Shown here one piece after another: positions 1-14,653 of a stretch of 64,000 nucleotides of DNA. The notes below the pieces were generated by a model that did no database searches, was not told where the DNA came from, and saw only the letters and a program-made list of their open reading frames with translations. Source of the DNA: Collinsella sp. (GTDB lineage: Bacteria > Actinomycetota > Coriobacteriia > Coriobacteriales > Coriobacteriaceae). Position 1 is the first letter of the stretch. Every line of letters starts with the position of its first letter. Where the stretch lies: the NCBI GenBank assembly GCA_036553025.1, contig JAXKBK010000040.1, positions 1,044 to 65,043 of the forward strand, read 5' to 3'. The translations under genes were made by a program, and so were the position numbers.

Positions 1-2605
<2,605 letters not shown>

Positions 2606-2606
2606 G

Positions 2607-4046
2607 TTAGTTCTCCTCGGTCGCAGCGTTCTCGGACTCGGCGAAATTCCAGCCGGCGAGGCGGTCCTTCGCGGTGTCGATGTCCAGGTAGTTCTCCTCG
2701 CCGTCCATGAGTCGCGTAAAGGCGGTAAAGAGATAGTGGGCATCGGTGGGGCCAGGCGAAGCCTCGGGGTGGTACTGGACCGAGAAACACGGGGCGTCGA
2801 GCAGCTGGGTGCCCTCGGCGGTGCCGTCGTTGAGGTTCACATGTGTCAGGCGAATGCGGCCAAAGCGCTCGTTCATCACGACCGGCGCGATGCCGCGACG
2901 CACCCAGGCGCGCAGGTCGCCATCGGCCGCATGCTCGGTTTCGCCGCCGGAAAGCTCCGGAATCAGTTTGCCCAGACTGGGGAACAGCAGGCCAAAGCCG
3001 TGGTTTTGCGCGGTGATCTCCACGCGACGGCTCACCAGATTCATAACCGGCTGGTTACCGCCACGGTGACCGAATTTAAGCTTTTCCATTTGGGCGCCGC
3101 AGGCCAGGCTGATCATCTGGTGACCAAGGCAAATGCCAAAGACCGGCACCTTGCCGATCAGCTGCTGCACCTGCTCATAGGTCTCCACCACGGCATCGGG
3201 ATCGCCGGGGCCGTTGGATAAAAAGACGCCGTCGGGATTCATGTCGAGCACCTGCTGGGCGGGCGTATCCCACGGCACGACGGTGAGGTCGCAGCCGGCA
3301 CGGACCAGGCCCTCCAGAATACCGCGCTTCACACCGCAGTCGTAGGCGACCACTTTGTGACGGGCAGGAGCGGCAACCGCAAGCGCAAAGTCATGCGTGG
3401 CAGGCAGGTCGGCGGCCACAAACTCGTGAGGCGCGGGGCAACTTACGGTCTTGACCAGGTTCTCACCTACCAGCGTGGGCGCTGCGGCCAGACGCTCGGC
3501 AAGCTCGTCGACGTCGAAGATCTCGGTCGAGATAATGCCCATCTTGGAACCATTGTCGCGCAGATGGCGCACCAGAGCGCGAGTGTCGACACCCTCGATA
3601 GCGACGATGCCGTGAGTGCGCAGGTACTCCGGCACGCTGACGGCCGAGCGCCAGTTAGAAGGCGTGGCGCACATGTCGCGAACGATCATGCCGCGCATAG
3701 CCGGAGCGCTCGCGGGGCGCACGGCGTCGCCGGGGAAGGCCGACTGGACATCGGTCTCGTCGATACCGTAATTGCCGATCTGCGGATAGGTCATGGTTAC
3801 AATTTGGCCGGCATAACTCGGGTCGGTCATGACCTCAAAGTAGCCCTCGAGCGAGGTGTTGAAGCAGACTTCGCCGGTCGCGGTGCCCTCGGCGCCGCAT
3901 GCACGTCCATAAAAAATGGTCCCATCCTCAAGATACAGGATGCAGGGACCACAGGTGCCCTTGCTGGTTTTGGCCAGCATACGCTGGCAAAGCTCGCTGA
4001 GCGCGAAGGTGCGGGCGGCAGCGCCCGCGGTATGGTTGTTCGCCAT
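2607..4046 (-). CDS. carA: carbamoyl-phosphate synthase small (glutamine amidotransferase) subunit
   Basis: ORF 2607..4067. It has a class-I amidotransferase motif ([38 protein letters not shown]). I prefer the ATG at 4046 (MANNH), which is preceded by GGAGAATT. The longest ORF start is 4067. Confidence 0.9.
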   Translation of the reverse strand: MANNHTAGAAARTFALSELCQRMLAKTSKGTCGPCILYLEDGTIFYGRACGAEGTATGEVCFNTSLEGYFEVMTDPSYAGQIVTMTYPQIGNYGIDETDVQSAFPGDAVRPASAPAMRGMIVRDMCATPSNWRSAVSVPEYLRTHGIVAIEGVDTRALVRHLRDNGSKMGIISTEIFDVDELAERLAAAPTLVGENLVKTVSCPAPHEFVAADLPATHDFALAVAAPARHKVVAYDCGVKRGILEGLVRAGCDLTVVPWDTPAQQVLDMNPDGVFLSNGPGDPDAVVETYEQVQQLIGKVPVFGICLGHQMISLACGAQMEKLKFGHRGGNQPVMNLVSRRVEITAQNHGFGLLFPSLGKLIPELSGGETEHAADGDLRAWVRRGIAPVVMNERFGRIRLTHVNLNDGTAEGTQLLDAPCFSVQYHPEASPGPTDAHYLFTAFTRLMDGEENYLDIDTAKDRLAGWNFAESENAATEEN

Positions 4047-4202
4047 AATTCTCCTTCCCGGTCTCACAGGACCGGCTTAAAGGTGTGTAGTTAGGCCTCG
4101 CGGTATTGTAACCGCAAGCATGCCTCATGGCGTTAATTTCATCGAAATGTTTACGAAATGATAATTATGACTTTCTATGCATAATGATTTTTCTGGGACG
4201 GG

Positions 4203-4244
4203 GATTAAAAATCATCCCGCGGGGCTTGTGGCTCACGCGGGATG
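4203..4244 (-). terminator. rho-independent terminator downstream of 4253..5218
   Basis: 9-bp stem CATCCCGCG/CGCGGGATG (4213..4221 and 4236..4244), followed on the minus strand by ATTTTTAAT. Confidence 0.6.
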
Positions 4245-4252
4245 ATGGCGTC

Positions 4253-5218
4253 TTACTTTTTCTTGTCCTGTTCCAACAGATCGGACGGTGAGCGATCGGG
4301 CTTGCCGCCGCGGAAAATCTCGCGCCCATGCAGACGATGCTCCAGGTCACGTTCGGCCTTTTCCTCGTCAATCTTGGTCTGGCTCACCACCGGGTCCTCA
4401 ATCAACGACGACACCGAATTCACCTGCTTCTGAATGCGCTCGGCGATGGTGTCGTCCATGCTTACGATGCGCATCTTCCAGTCGATACTCGTGGCGTTGG
4501 ATGAGCTCTTGGTCCACACGAACGTCAAAATGGCGCTCTGGTGGCCCTGGGCGGGAAACATGCCAAAGAAGGAATCGTGCTGAATGTTGCTATCCTCGTC
4601 GATATAGGCATGCACGTTATACACCACGCGGTCGATCTTATCGTTGAGCAGCGCGTTGGTCGCAAGCGCCGCGGCCTGGATCTGACCATTGGACAGCAGC
4701 TCGAGCTCGTTGGCAGACGATGTGTCCAGCACCGTCACCTCGACCGTGCCCGTACGCTCATCGGCTTCATCGACGGTAAAGTCGAGTGGGAACTGCGTAA
4801 AGCCGTTGCCCCACTCAAGGCCGCCCTTCAGCGCCGTCGAAACGGTATCGACCGAAACGCTCTCGGACAGGTTGGCGGTGTTCAGACGACGCATCACGCC
4901 GTAGCCAATCTGCATGCCCACGATCAGCACCAAAATACCAATGACCACGGCCATCGCGGTCTTCGTAATGGTATGACTCACCTGCGAACCCGAAGGATCG
5001 TCCTCGGACAGCGGGTCGATATGTTTTGCCTGGCTCGCGCGGTCCTCGCTGCGCAGCTGCGCTAGCGCCGCTTTGTCACCGCGCTTGGCCGCAGCCTCCT
5101 TCTCACGCATGCGCTCGGTGCGCTTTTTGGCGAGCGTAGGATCCAAGACGCCGGATGCATCGATTTCGGAGAATAACTCCGTCACTTCTTCCGGAGTCAA
5201 AGGGTTCTTATCAGCCAT
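4253..5218 (-). CDS. hypothetical single-pass membrane protein
   Basis: 321-aa ORF with a charged N-terminal region, one hydrophobic segment (AMAVVIGILVLIVGMQIGYGV) and a C-terminal domain of about 200 aa. I recognise no family. Confidence 0.6.
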   Translation of the reverse strand: MADKNPLTPEEVTELFSEIDASGVLDPTLAKKRTERMREKEAAAKRGDKAALAQLRSEDRASQAKHIDPLSEDDPSGSQVSHTITKTAMAVVIGILVLIVGMQIGYGVMRRLNTANLSESVSVDTVSTALKGGLEWGNGFTQFPLDFTVDEADERTGTVEVTVLDTSSANELELLSNGQIQAAALATNALLNDKIDRVVYNVHAYIDEDSNIQHDSFFGMFPAQGHQSAILTFVWTKSSSNATSIDWKMRIVSMDDTIAERIQKQVNSVSSLIEDPVVSQTKIDEEKAERDLEHRLHGREIFRGGKPDRSPSDLLEQDKKK

Positions 5219-5237
5219 AAACTTCCTGTCAAATCAA

Positions 5238-7010
5238 TCAGTCGAGCTCGTGCGCACGCGCACCTTCGAACTGCATTCGATAGTAACGGGCATAGGTGCC
5301 GCCACGGGCGAGAAGCTCCTCGTGCGTGCCACGCTCCACAACGCGACCATGCTCAACGGTCGCAATCTCATCGGCATGCTTAATGGTCGAAAGACGATGG
5401 GCAATGATGATTGTGGTACGGCCGCGTGCCAGCTCTTCGAGTGACTCCTGCACCGCCTCCTCGCTCTCGTTATCCAAAGCACTCGTCGCCTCGTCCAAAA
5501 TCAGGATCTTGGGGTTCTTGAGAAACACGCGCGCGATGGCAACGCGCTGCTTCTGTCCGCCCGAAAGACGGCTGCCGCGCTCGCCCACCACGGTGTCGTA
5601 GCCCTGCGGAAGCGACTCGATAAAGGCATCGATGTTGGCGCGACGGGCGGCCTCGGCGATCTCTTCTGCCGTAGCGCCCGGCTTGCCGTAGGCGATGTTC
5701 TCGCCAATCGTGCCGTCAAACAGATAGACATCCTGCTGCACCAGGCCGATGGCGCGGCGCAGGCTCTGCTGCGTCACATCGCGCACGTCCTGACCGTCGA
5801 TGCTAATGGATCCGGTAGCCACGTCATAAAAGCGCGGCAGCAGCGAACAGGTCGTGGACTTGCCGCCGCCCGAAGGGCCAACCAAAGCGATGGTCTGCCC
5901 GGGCTTGATGGACAGGTCCATATGGTCGATAACGGGACGCTCGTCGGCATAGCCCTCGCCCAGCTCAACATCCTCGTAGTTAAAGCACACGTCGTGATAC
6001 TCCACGGCGCCGGCAGTCACCTGCAGATCCGTAGCGCCCGGCTTGTCCTGGATATCCGGCGCCGTCGAGAGCACCTCGTCCATACGTTTAAAGCCGGCGA
6101 TAGCCTTCTGATACGTTTCGGCCGAATTGACGAGTGTCTCGAGCGGCGTGCAGAACAGCGAAATATAGAGTGCAAAGGTCGCCATATCGACCGCCTGCAG
6201 CTGTCCCTGGGCGACCAGCCAGCCGCCCAGCAGCACCACGATCACATAGAGCACACCAGAGAGCAGGCCATACGTCGCGGTATAGACGCCCATGGCGTGA
6301 TACATGTTCTCCTTGGACAAAAGGTAGCGATTGTTGGAGGCGCGGAACTTGGCACGCTCGGTCTCCTCGTTGGCAAAGCTCTTGACCACGCGCATGCCCG
6401 CCAGAGAATCCTGCAGCTGCGCATTGATGCCGCTGATCTTTTTGCGGTTGTCGCTAAAGACCTCGCGCATACGCATGTTTTGCCAAAACATGATGACCGC
6501 AAACGCCGCCGTCACCACGGCCATGGCAAGCGCCAGCACCGGGGCGATGGTAAAGAGGATCACAAACGAGCCGATAATCTCGATGCCGCAGATGATGATC
6601 CACTCGGGTACGTGATGCGCCGCCTCGCAGATATCGAACAGGTCGTTGACCACGCGGCTCATCATGTCGTCCGAACTGTTGCGGTCGAAGTACGCAAAGC
6701 TAAAGCGCTCATACTGGTCGAACAGGTCCTCGCGCATTTTGGACTCCATACGCGCGCCCATCACGTGACCCCAATAGCTCACAAAATAGCGGCAGGCGCA
6801 GCGGACGGCATACATCAGCACCAAGCCCACCGCGATCATGCCGAGCGCCTGCATAATGGCAGCCTGACCCTGAGTAAATAGCCCACCGGTCAAATTGCGC
6901 AGAATAATAGGAAAAGCAAGGTCAATGGCGGCAAGCACCAGAGCACAAACAGTATCAGCAACAAAAAGCCCCATCTGGGGCTCGTAATAAGACAAAAACC
7001 TTTTCAGCAT
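5238..7010 (-). CDS. ABC transporter, fused permease/ATP-binding protein (MsbA/multidrug-exporter type)
   Basis: N-terminal 6-TM domain, Walker A GPSGGGKST, ABC signature LSGGQKQRVAIAR and Walker B ILILDEATSALD. The preferred start is ATG 7010 (MLKRFLSYYEP), which has AAGGTGA upstream. The longest ORF reaches 7109. Confidence 0.9.
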   Translation of the reverse strand: MLKRFLSYYEPQMGLFVADTVCALVLAAIDLAFPIILRNLTGGLFTQGQAAIMQALGMIAVGLVLMYAVRCACRYFVSYWGHVMGARMESKMREDLFDQYERFSFAYFDRNSSDDMMSRVVNDLFDICEAAHHVPEWIIICGIEIIGSFVILFTIAPVLALAMAVVTAAFAVIMFWQNMRMREVFSDNRKKISGINAQLQDSLAGMRVVKSFANEETERAKFRASNNRYLLSKENMYHAMGVYTATYGLLSGVLYVIVVLLGGWLVAQGQLQAVDMATFALYISLFCTPLETLVNSAETYQKAIAGFKRMDEVLSTAPDIQDKPGATDLQVTAGAVEYHDVCFNYEDVELGEGYADERPVIDHMDLSIKPGQTIALVGPSGGGKSTTCSLLPRFYDVATGSISIDGQDVRDVTQQSLRRAIGLVQQDVYLFDGTIGENIAYGKPGATAEEIAEAARRANIDAFIESLPQGYDTVVGERGSRLSGGQKQRVAIARVFLKNPKILILDEATSALDNESEEAVQESLEELARGRTTIIIAHRLSTIKHADEIATVEHGRVVERGTHEELLARGGTYARYYRMQFEGARAHELD

Positions 7011-7194
7011 AATCACCTTACGCGGTTTTACCAAACCGCGTTTCGTCTCGACGCTGCAAGTGCTCCATTTGGACAATCTGGCCTTCAATCGTCGGTCGCG
7101 TATATCCATACGCTTCCCTCCTCTTTTAGGCCACCTTGTCTCAAATGGAGCACTTTCGCTGACTTACACAAACCTGCGGGATCATCCCCGCTCG

Positions 7195-7899
7195 TTAAAG
7201 CTCGGCCCCGCCTAGTCGGTGCGCGATGCTATCGCAGGCCAAGGCGCCTACGACGGTCTTGGCGTCTTCGATCTTGCCGTCGAGCACGGCGTCGATCAGC
7301 TCGTGCAGCGGCACCAGATCCACGTTGACAAACTCGTCATCATCGGGGTTGGGTGCATCGAACTCGAGCTTGGTGGCCAGGTAGATGTGAATGATCTCGT
7401 CGCAGAAGCCGCAGGACGTGACAATCGACGTCAAAAAGCGAATGCGGCCGGCCCTAAAGCCCGTCTCCTCATGCAGCTCGCGCTTGGCGCAATCGAGCGG
7501 GTCCTCGCCTGGATCGAGCTTGCCGGCAGGAATCTCGACCGTCACGCGGTCGATGGCGGTACGGTACTGACGCACCAGTACGATCTTGCCGCTCTCGGTC
7601 AGCGCCACAACGGCCGCCGCACCCGGATGGCGAACGATATCGCGGGCGCTGCGGTGACCGTTGGGCAGTTCAACCTCAAGACGGTGGACGTCGAGGATCT
7701 TGCCCTTCCAGGCGCACTCCTCCGAAAGAATCTTCTCGTGCAGCTCGGCATCGTGCGGGTCGTCGTCGCCCAGCACCAGCGCCGGCTCGTCAGCGACCTC
7801 GCCACCAGGCTCGCCCTCGGCGTGCCCATACATGCGGCTGTCCTCTTCGACGACCTGCGCGTCCACGAGCTCTTCGTTCTTCTCGTCCATCCGTCTCAT
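7195..7899 (-). CDS. NUDIX hydrolase (ADP-ribose pyrophosphatase-like)
   Basis: Nudix box GKLDPGEDPLDCAKRELHEETGF, with an acidic N-terminal extension. Confidence 0.8.
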   Translation of the reverse strand: MRRMDEKNEELVDAQVVEEDSRMYGHAEGEPGGEVADEPALVLGDDDPHDAELHEKILSEECAWKGKILDVHRLEVELPNGHRSARDIVRHPGAAAVVALTESGKIVLVRQYRTAIDRVTVEIPAGKLDPGEDPLDCAKRELHEETGFRAGRIRFLTSIVTSCGFCDEIIHIYLATKLEFDAPNPDDDEFVNVDLVPLHELIDAVLDGKIEDAKTVVGALACDSIAHRLGGAEL

Positions 7900-7911
7900 C
7901 CCTCTCGGACT

Positions 7912-9216
7912 TTAGGCATCCCAGGCGTCGCGGCCACGCAGCGCGCGCAGGCCGATGTCATGACGCAGGGTCTTGCCCTCAAAATCAATCTTCTCGCAGG
8001 CCTCGTAGGCAAGGTTGCGAGCGTTTTCGAACGTGTCGCCCAGAGCGGTCACGGCAAGCACGCGGCCGCCGTTGGTCACGAGCTGGCCGCCCACCACGGC
8101 AGTGCCCGCGTGGTACACGGTCACGTTCTCCATGGCCTCGGCATCCTCAATACCGGTGATGACCTTACCTTTCTCGTAGCTGCCGGGGTAGCCCGCGCTC
8201 GTCAGGACAACGGCCACGGCCCACTCGTCACGCCAGTCGAGTTCAATCTGATCGAGCTCGCAGTTGGCACAAGCCAGCATGACCTCAACCAGGTCGTTCT
8301 TAAGGCGCGGCAGCACGACCTGCGTCTCGGGGTCGCCAAAGCGGGCATTGAACTCCAGCACCTTGGGACCGGCGGGGGTGAGCATAAAGCCGCCGTACAG
8401 GCAGCCGCGGTAGTCGATACCCTCGGCAGCGAGCTCGGCCACGGTCTGCTCCATGACCTTCACCATGGTGGCGTGCTCCTCGTCGGTCACGATGGGCACC
8501 GGGCTGTAGACACCCATGCCGCCGGTGTTGGGACCAAGGTCGCCCTCAAGCGCGCGCTTGTGGTCCTGCGAGGTAGCCATGGGGCGCACGGTCTTGCCGT
8601 CGGTAAAGGCCAGCAGTGAGCACTCGGGACCAACGAGCATCTCCTCGATAACCACGGTGCTGCCGGCATCGCCAAAGGTGCCACCAAAGCACTCGCGCAC
8701 GGCCCCCTCGGCCTGCTCAAGTTCGGTCGCCACGATAACGCCCTTGCCCGCGGCAAGGCCGTCGGCCTTCACGACCAGCGGGGCGCCCTGCTCGCGCACG
8801 TAGGCGAGAGCCGAAGCCTCGTCGGTAAACGAACCATAGGCTGCCGTCGGAATGCCCGCACGCTCCATGAGCTGCTTGGAGAACAGCTTGGAGCCCTCCA
8901 TCTGGGCGCCCTCGGCACCCGGGCCAAAGCAGGGAATACCCGCCGCGCGCACGGCGTCGGCCACGCCCGCTACGAGCGGAGCCTCGGGGCCAATTACCAC
9001 GAGTCCGCATCCGTGGCTCTGCGCAAACGCCGCCACGGCCGCAGGATCGCAGTCGTCGAGAACAACGTTCTCGCCGCAGCTCGCGGTGCCGCCGTTACCC
9101 GGCGCAATGTAGAGCTTGCCGGCGCGCGGTGATGCTGCGAGCTTAGCTGCCAAAGCATGCTCGCGGCCGCCGCTGCCCAACAACAGGATGTCGATGGTTT
9201 GAGTGTCCGCCTTCAA
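7912..9216 (-). CDS. purD: phosphoribosylamine--glycine ligase
   Basis: [20 protein letters not shown] and an ATP-grasp core. The preferred start is TTG 9216, preceded by GAGGAGGCACCC. The longest ORF (to 9384) would overlap purA. Confidence 0.9.
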   Translation of the reverse strand: MKADTQTIDILLLGSGGREHALAAKLAASPRAGKLYIAPGNGGTASCGENVVLDDCDPAAVAAFAQSHGCGLVVIGPEAPLVAGVADAVRAAGIPCFGPGAEGAQMEGSKLFSKQLMERAGIPTAAYGSFTDEASALAYVREQGAPLVVKADGLAAGKGVIVATELEQAEGAVRECFGGTFGDAGSTVVIEEMLVGPECSLLAFTDGKTVRPMATSQDHKRALEGDLGPNTGGMGVYSPVPIVTDEEHATMVKVMEQTVAELAAEGIDYRGCLYGGFMLTPAGPKVLEFNARFGDPETQVVLPRLKNDLVEVMLACANCELDQIELDWRDEWAVAVVLTSAGYPGSYEKGKVITGIEDAEAMENVTVYHAGTAVVGGQLVTNGGRVLAVTALGDTFENARNLAYEACEKIDFEGKTLRHDIGLRALRGRDAWDA

Positions 9217-9334
9217 GGGTGCCTCCTCTATGGATGAACGGCCCGCTCCGCGCGAGCCCTTTGCAAGCAAATATACCCCTCGGCCGCCCGTCCGGGCTGC
9301 AAAGGGGTATATCGCAATAACCAAATAGTCCCGA

Positions 9335-10630
<1,296 letters not shown>

Positions 10631-10714
10631 TTACATTCATGGACTGTCTACGCGCCACGCCGGCACGCAGAAGCACAAAACATTCCCAGTATACCCGTGC
10701 AACGGGCGTCTGTC

Positions 10715-12106
10715 CTACTCCTCGGCATGTGCCCCATCAAGCTCATAGAACTTGGTGGATGCCGGCAGGAACATCAGGTCGACGTCGCCGATCGGGCCCG
10801 AACGGTTCTTGGCCACGACGATACGCGTAACGCCCTCGTCGGGTCGATCGTCGCGCGAGGCTTCGGCCTCGTCGGCGGAGCGGTCCAAGAACATAACGAT
10901 ATCGGCGTCCTGCTCGATAGAGCCCGATTCACGAAGGTCGGAAAGCTGCGGGCGCTTGCCGGTACGGGATTCGACCTGACGCGAAAGCTGCGACAGCGCG
11001 ATGAGCGGGATCTTGAGCTCCTTAGCCATGATCTTCAGACCACGCGACATCTCGGAGACCTCGACGGTACGGCTCTCGGAGCGGCGTCCCGGCGGAGGAC
11101 TCACCAGCTGCAGGTAGTCCAGGATGATGATGGCCTTCTCCTTGTTGTGGAGCATGCGGCGGCTCTTGGCGCGAATCTCGGTCACTGTGGTGCCGGGCGT
11201 ATCGTCAATCAGAATATCGAGCTTGGACAAGGTCTGCGTGGCCTCGTTGATATTGGCCCACTGCTCGGGGCTAATGCGGCCCATGCGGAAGTCACTGATC
11301 GAAATCATGGCGTAGGCGCAAATCAGACGCTGGGCAATTTCCTTGCCCGACATCTCCAGCGAGAAGAAGCCGACGGTATAACCAGCAGCGGCAGCGTTGA
11401 GCGCCAGATTCAGGGCGAACGATGTCTTACCTACAGCAGGACGGGCACCGATAATGATGAGCTGGCCCTCGCGGAAGCCCATGAGCATACGGTCGAGCGA
11501 CGGAAAGCCGGTGGGCACGCCCGCCGCCTGACCACCGGCCTGGCACACTTCCTCGGCCTCGTTATAGGCCTCGACCATAAACTCGGTCAGCGTCTTGTAG
11601 CTCGACTTGACCTCGCGTGCCGTGACCTTGAGCAGCTTGCTCTCGGCCAGCTCGACAACCTCTTTGGTGTCGGTGGGGGCGTTATATGCCAGCGCGTTGA
11701 TCTCGTTGGTGGCGCCGATCAGCTCACGCAGCATCGAATCACGGCGAACGATGGCGGCATGGTGCTGCCAGTTGACGAGCGACAGAGTCTGACCCATCAA
11801 CTCCAAAATGTACGCTTCGCCGCCCACGGCATCGAGCTTGTTGATGCTTCGCAGGTAATCGATCAGCGAGATGGAGTCGATAGGAATGCGGCTGTTGTAC
11901 ATATCGACCATCGCGGTATAGATGGTCTTATGAATGGGCCGGTAGAAGTCATCGGGCTGCAGCTCGACCTGGGCCTCTTCGACCACCTCGGGCGATAGCA
12001 GCATAGCGGCCAGTACATTGGCCTCTGCATCTTGGTTTTGGGGAAGACCCAACTTTGAGCCGCGGTCCTCAACCGTCAGCCCGGTCTCCCTATCGTCATA
12101 TGCCAT
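10715..12106 (-). CDS. dnaB: replicative DNA helicase
   Basis: DnaB N-terminal domain (EANVLAAMLLSPEVV), Walker A GARPAVGKTSFALN and IILDYLQL. The start ATG 12106 follows GAGGA. The longest ORF reaches 12118. Confidence 0.95.
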   Translation of the reverse strand: MAYDDRETGLTVEDRGSKLGLPQNQDAEANVLAAMLLSPEVVEEAQVELQPDDFYRPIHKTIYTAMVDMYNSRIPIDSISLIDYLRSINKLDAVGGEAYILELMGQTLSLVNWQHHAAIVRRDSMLRELIGATNEINALAYNAPTDTKEVVELAESKLLKVTAREVKSSYKTLTEFMVEAYNEAEEVCQAGGQAAGVPTGFPSLDRMLMGFREGQLIIIGARPAVGKTSFALNLALNAAAAGYTVGFFSLEMSGKEIAQRLICAYAMISISDFRMGRISPEQWANINEATQTLSKLDILIDDTPGTTVTEIRAKSRRMLHNKEKAIIILDYLQLVSPPPGRRSESRTVEVSEMSRGLKIMAKELKIPLIALSQLSRQVESRTGKRPQLSDLRESGSIEQDADIVMFLDRSADEAEASRDDRPDEGVTRIVVAKNRSGPIGDVDLMFLPASTKFYELDGAHAEE

Positions 12107-12256
12107 GAGCATCCTCATTCATATCGCTTGCGAGCATCCATAGTATCAGCCACGGTCCCAAAACGCGCCGCGCGCCGCCAATCATCACCGAACCAAGCGG
12201 ATGAACGATCCTGTATATAGGACTTCGACGCAACGTTCACCATGACACTCACTCAG

Positions 12257-12298
12257 CACAAAAAACAAAAGGGCGCCCTGGTTTCCCAGAGCGCCCTT
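12257..12298 (-). terminator. rho-independent terminator after rplI
   Basis: Stem GGGCGCCCTGG/CCAGAGCGCCC with one mismatch, followed on the minus strand by TTTTGTTTTTTGTG. Confidence 0.7.
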
Positions 12299-12330
12299 CT
12301 TAGAACAAGATTGTTGCGTTGCAGCAAATG

Positions 12331-12870
12331 CTACTCGGCAGCAGCCTCAGTCTCGACCTCGGCGGTCTCGGCCTCGGCGACCTCAGCGGCCTCCTCGACC
12401 TCAGCCTCGGCAGCGAGCTCCTCGGCGGTAACGCCGACGAGAACGACAACCTCGGCCTTGATCTCGCGGTACAGCGAGATGGCAACGGTGTGGGCACCGG
12501 CAACCTTGATGGGCTTACCGAGCTCGACGCGCTTGCGGTCGATGTCCATACCGAGCTGAGCCTTGATGGCGTCAGCGATCATAGCGGCGGTAACGGAGCC
12601 AAAGAGGATGCCCTCGTCGCCGACCTTGACGTCAACGGTGACCGTCTTGCCCTCGAAGGCAGCCTTGGTCTCGTTGGCGGTAGCCAGACGGACGGCCTCG
12701 CGCTTGGCGATGTTGTTGCGACGCTCGTCAAGCTGCTTGAGGTTGCCCTTGGTGGCGGCAACAGCGAGCTTCTTGGGGAACAGGAAGTTCTCAGCGTAAC
12801 CCTGAGCGACCTCTACGACGTCACCCTCGCCGCCCTTGCCCTTGATCTCATCGAGAAGAATAACCTTCAT
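12331..12870 (-). CDS. rplI: 50S ribosomal protein L9 with acidic C-terminal tail
   Basis: MKVILLDEIKGKGGEGDVVEVAQGYAENFLFPKKLA. The last 30 aa or so are an E/A-rich tail. Confidence 0.95.
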   Translation of the reverse strand: MKVILLDEIKGKGGEGDVVEVAQGYAENFLFPKKLAVAATKGNLKQLDERRNNIAKREAVRLATANETKAAFEGKTVTVDVKVGDEGILFGSVTAAMIADAIKAQLGMDIDRKRVELGKPIKVAGAHTVAISLYREIKAEVVVLVGVTAEELAAEAEVEEAAEVAEAETAEVETEAAAE

Positions 12871-12885
12871 GATGCGTCTCCCTTC

Positions 12886-13152
12886 TTAGCCGCGGTCGCG
12901 GTTGCCACGAGAGGAAACCACGGGGACGGTGTACGGAAGGAGAGCCATCTCGCGGGCGCGCTTGATGGCGTTGGCGATGTCATGCTGATGCTGCGTGCAA
13001 GCGCCAGTGACGCGACGAGGCTTGATCTTGCCACGGTCGGTCATGTACTTACGGAGAAGCTGAGTGTCCTTATAGTCGATGAACTCAGTGTTCTCCTTGC
13101 AGAACTGGCAGTACTTACGACGCGGCTGACGTGCAGAAAAATCATTAGCCAT
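12886..13152 (-). CDS. rpsR: 30S ribosomal protein S18
   Basis: [39 protein letters not shown] 13152 (MANDFS) is preferred over the longest ORF start 13203. Confidence 0.95.
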   Translation of the reverse strand: MANDFSARQPRRKYCQFCKENTEFIDYKDTQLLRKYMTDRGKIKPRRVTGACTQHQHDIANAIKRAREMALLPYTVPVVSSRGNRDRG

Positions 13153-13224
13153 GTCAAAATACCTTTCGTTTGGCAACTTCGGCGAACCGAAGCCGCCTCT
13201 CACTCAAAAATAGGTGAACAACCC

Positions 13225-13677
13225 TTAGAACGGGATGTCCTCATCGTAGACGTCGACCGCGGGCGGCGTAGCCACCGGTGCGGCAGGACGTGCTGCGGGC
13301 GCGGGAGCTGCGGGGGCGTAACCGCCCTGGTCGTAGCCACCCTGGCCACCGCGGGAGCTCATAAACTCGATCTCATCGACGATGACCTCAAGCTTGCTCC
13401 GGCGCTGGCCGTCGCGCTCCCAAGAGCTGTAGCGCAGCTTGCCCTCGATCGCGACCTTGTTTCCCTTTGCCAGGAAACGGCTCACGGCCTCGGCGCGGGT
13501 GCCGAACATAGTGCAGTCGACAAAGTTGGGATAGTCCTCCCACTCGCCAGTCTGCGCGTTGCGGCGACGATCGTTCACGGCGACGCCAAAAGACAGAACC
13601 TGGGTTCCGCCGGCGGTGGCGCGCAGCTCGGGATCGCGGGTGAGGTTACCGGTGATGTTCACTCGATTGATGCTCAT
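13225..13677 (-). CDS. ssb: single-stranded DNA-binding protein
   Basis: MSINRVNITGNLTRDPELR OB-fold, a G/Q/P-rich linker and the acidic tip DEDIPF. Confidence 0.95.
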   Translation of the reverse strand: MSINRVNITGNLTRDPELRATAGGTQVLSFGVAVNDRRRNAQTGEWEDYPNFVDCTMFGTRAEAVSRFLAKGNKVAIEGKLRYSSWERDGQRRSKLEVIVDEIEFMSSRGGQGGYDQGGYAPAAPAPAARPAAPVATPPAVDVYDEDIPF

Positions 13678-13725
13678 AACTCACTACTTCCTCTTGGGGC
13701 ACAAGCCCAGTCCAAAACGACAGTC

Positions 13726-14019
13726 TTACTCCTGGTCGTCGCGACGGACGATCATGTGGCGGACCACAGCGTCGGTGATGCGCAGGACGCGATCAAGCTC
13801 GGCGATCTGGGTAGGATCTGCGTGGAAGTTGATGAGGGTGTAGTCACCATCGGTGAGGTCGTTGATCTCGTAGGCGAGCTTGCGCTTGCCCCACTCGTCA
13901 ACGGAGTCGACCTTGCCAGCGCCCTCAGCGATCGTGGTATCGATACGCTTCATAACAGCGAGACGAGTCTCGGGGTCGAGCGACGGGTCAACAAAGAACA
14001 GCAGTTCATAAGCCTTCAT
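13726..14019 (-). CDS. rpsF: 30S ribosomal protein S6
   Basis: MKAYELLFFVDPSLD. ATG 14019 is preceded by GAGGAGGTGACAAT. Confidence 0.95.
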   Translation of the reverse strand: MKAYELLFFVDPSLDPETRLAVMKRIDTTIAEGAGKVDSVDEWGKRKLAYEINDLTDGDYTLINFHADPTQIAELDRVLRITDAVVRHMIVRRDDQE

Positions 14020-14090
14020 ATTGTCACCTCCTCTGGGCAAATGTGGCTTCAGGTCGTGAAGGTGCGCCTGAAGCAGGAAAAGACTTGGTA

Positions 14091-14119
14091 ATAATATCTT
14101 TCAACCTCCCAAGCCGCAA
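14091..14119 (-). promoter_or_regulatory. putative sigma-70-type promoter of the rpsF-ssb-rpsR-rplI operon
   Basis: Minus strand TTGCGG (14119..14114), a 17-nt spacer, then TATTAT (14096..14091). Confidence 0.4.
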
Positions 14120-14470
14120 GAATATGCAGCTACAACCTCATGACCTCCACATATGCCCATGCTCGCACGACGTTTCATGCGCATTCCAACCAAATGCTGT
14201 CCAAAAGCTTGACGAATCTGTGGACAAGATACGGTGCCGCTAGGACAAGCTGAGCCAAGCCGCAGGCCAACGGGCACAAGGCTGTGGTCGCAAAATGCAT
14301 ACCAGTGGTCTAATTGATCGCCAAAAAGATTTTAAATTCGTTTGCTCGTGGTCTATAAAGTCCTTTTTTGAGCAATTCGCTTAGCATGATTTTGCTGGTC
14401 AGGCTGCATGTGCCGCGCGTTTTAGGCACAGCGCGAGACACTGTGGATCAAAAAATGCTAAGTTTTCGGC

Positions 14471-14498
14471 TTGCACCTTGCGATTCCTCGTGTATACT
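14471..14498 (+). promoter_or_regulatory. putative promoter of the tRNA-Ser pair
   Basis: TTGCAC (14471..14476), a 16-nt spacer ending in TG, then TATACT (14493..14498), 17 nt upstream of the tRNA 5' end. Confidence 0.45.
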
Positions 14499-14514
14499 AA
14501 CTTTCGCATTTAAC

Positions 14515-14605
14515 GGAGAGTTGTCCGAGTGGCCGAAGGAGCACGATTGGAAATCGTGTAGGCGTCAAAAGCGTCTCCAGGGTTCAAATCCCTGACTCTC
14601 CGCCA
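14515..14605 (+). tRNA. tRNA-Ser (anticodon GGA)
   Basis: Hand-folded: acceptor GGAGAGT/ACTCTCC, anticodon loop TTGGAAA, long variable arm, T-loop GGTTCAAATCC and an encoded CCA. Confidence 0.9.
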
Positions 14606-14653
14606 GTTAATTCCAAAGCAGGCCTTCGAGCCTGCTTTGTTTTTACCCCACGC

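Noticed and set aside
4068-4200. AT-rich leader upstream of carA as a PyrR attenuator or ARG box
   Set aside because: I could find neither a PyrR-binding hairpin consensus with an anti-terminator/terminator alternative nor a convincing ARG-box palindrome. It probably just contains the promoter.
10697-14091. + strand ORFs 10697..11998 (433 aa) and 12319..14091 (590 aa)
   Set aside because: They are antisense to dnaB and to the four-gene rplI-rpsR-ssb-rpsF block. The 590-aa ORF would span four independent, well-supported genes.
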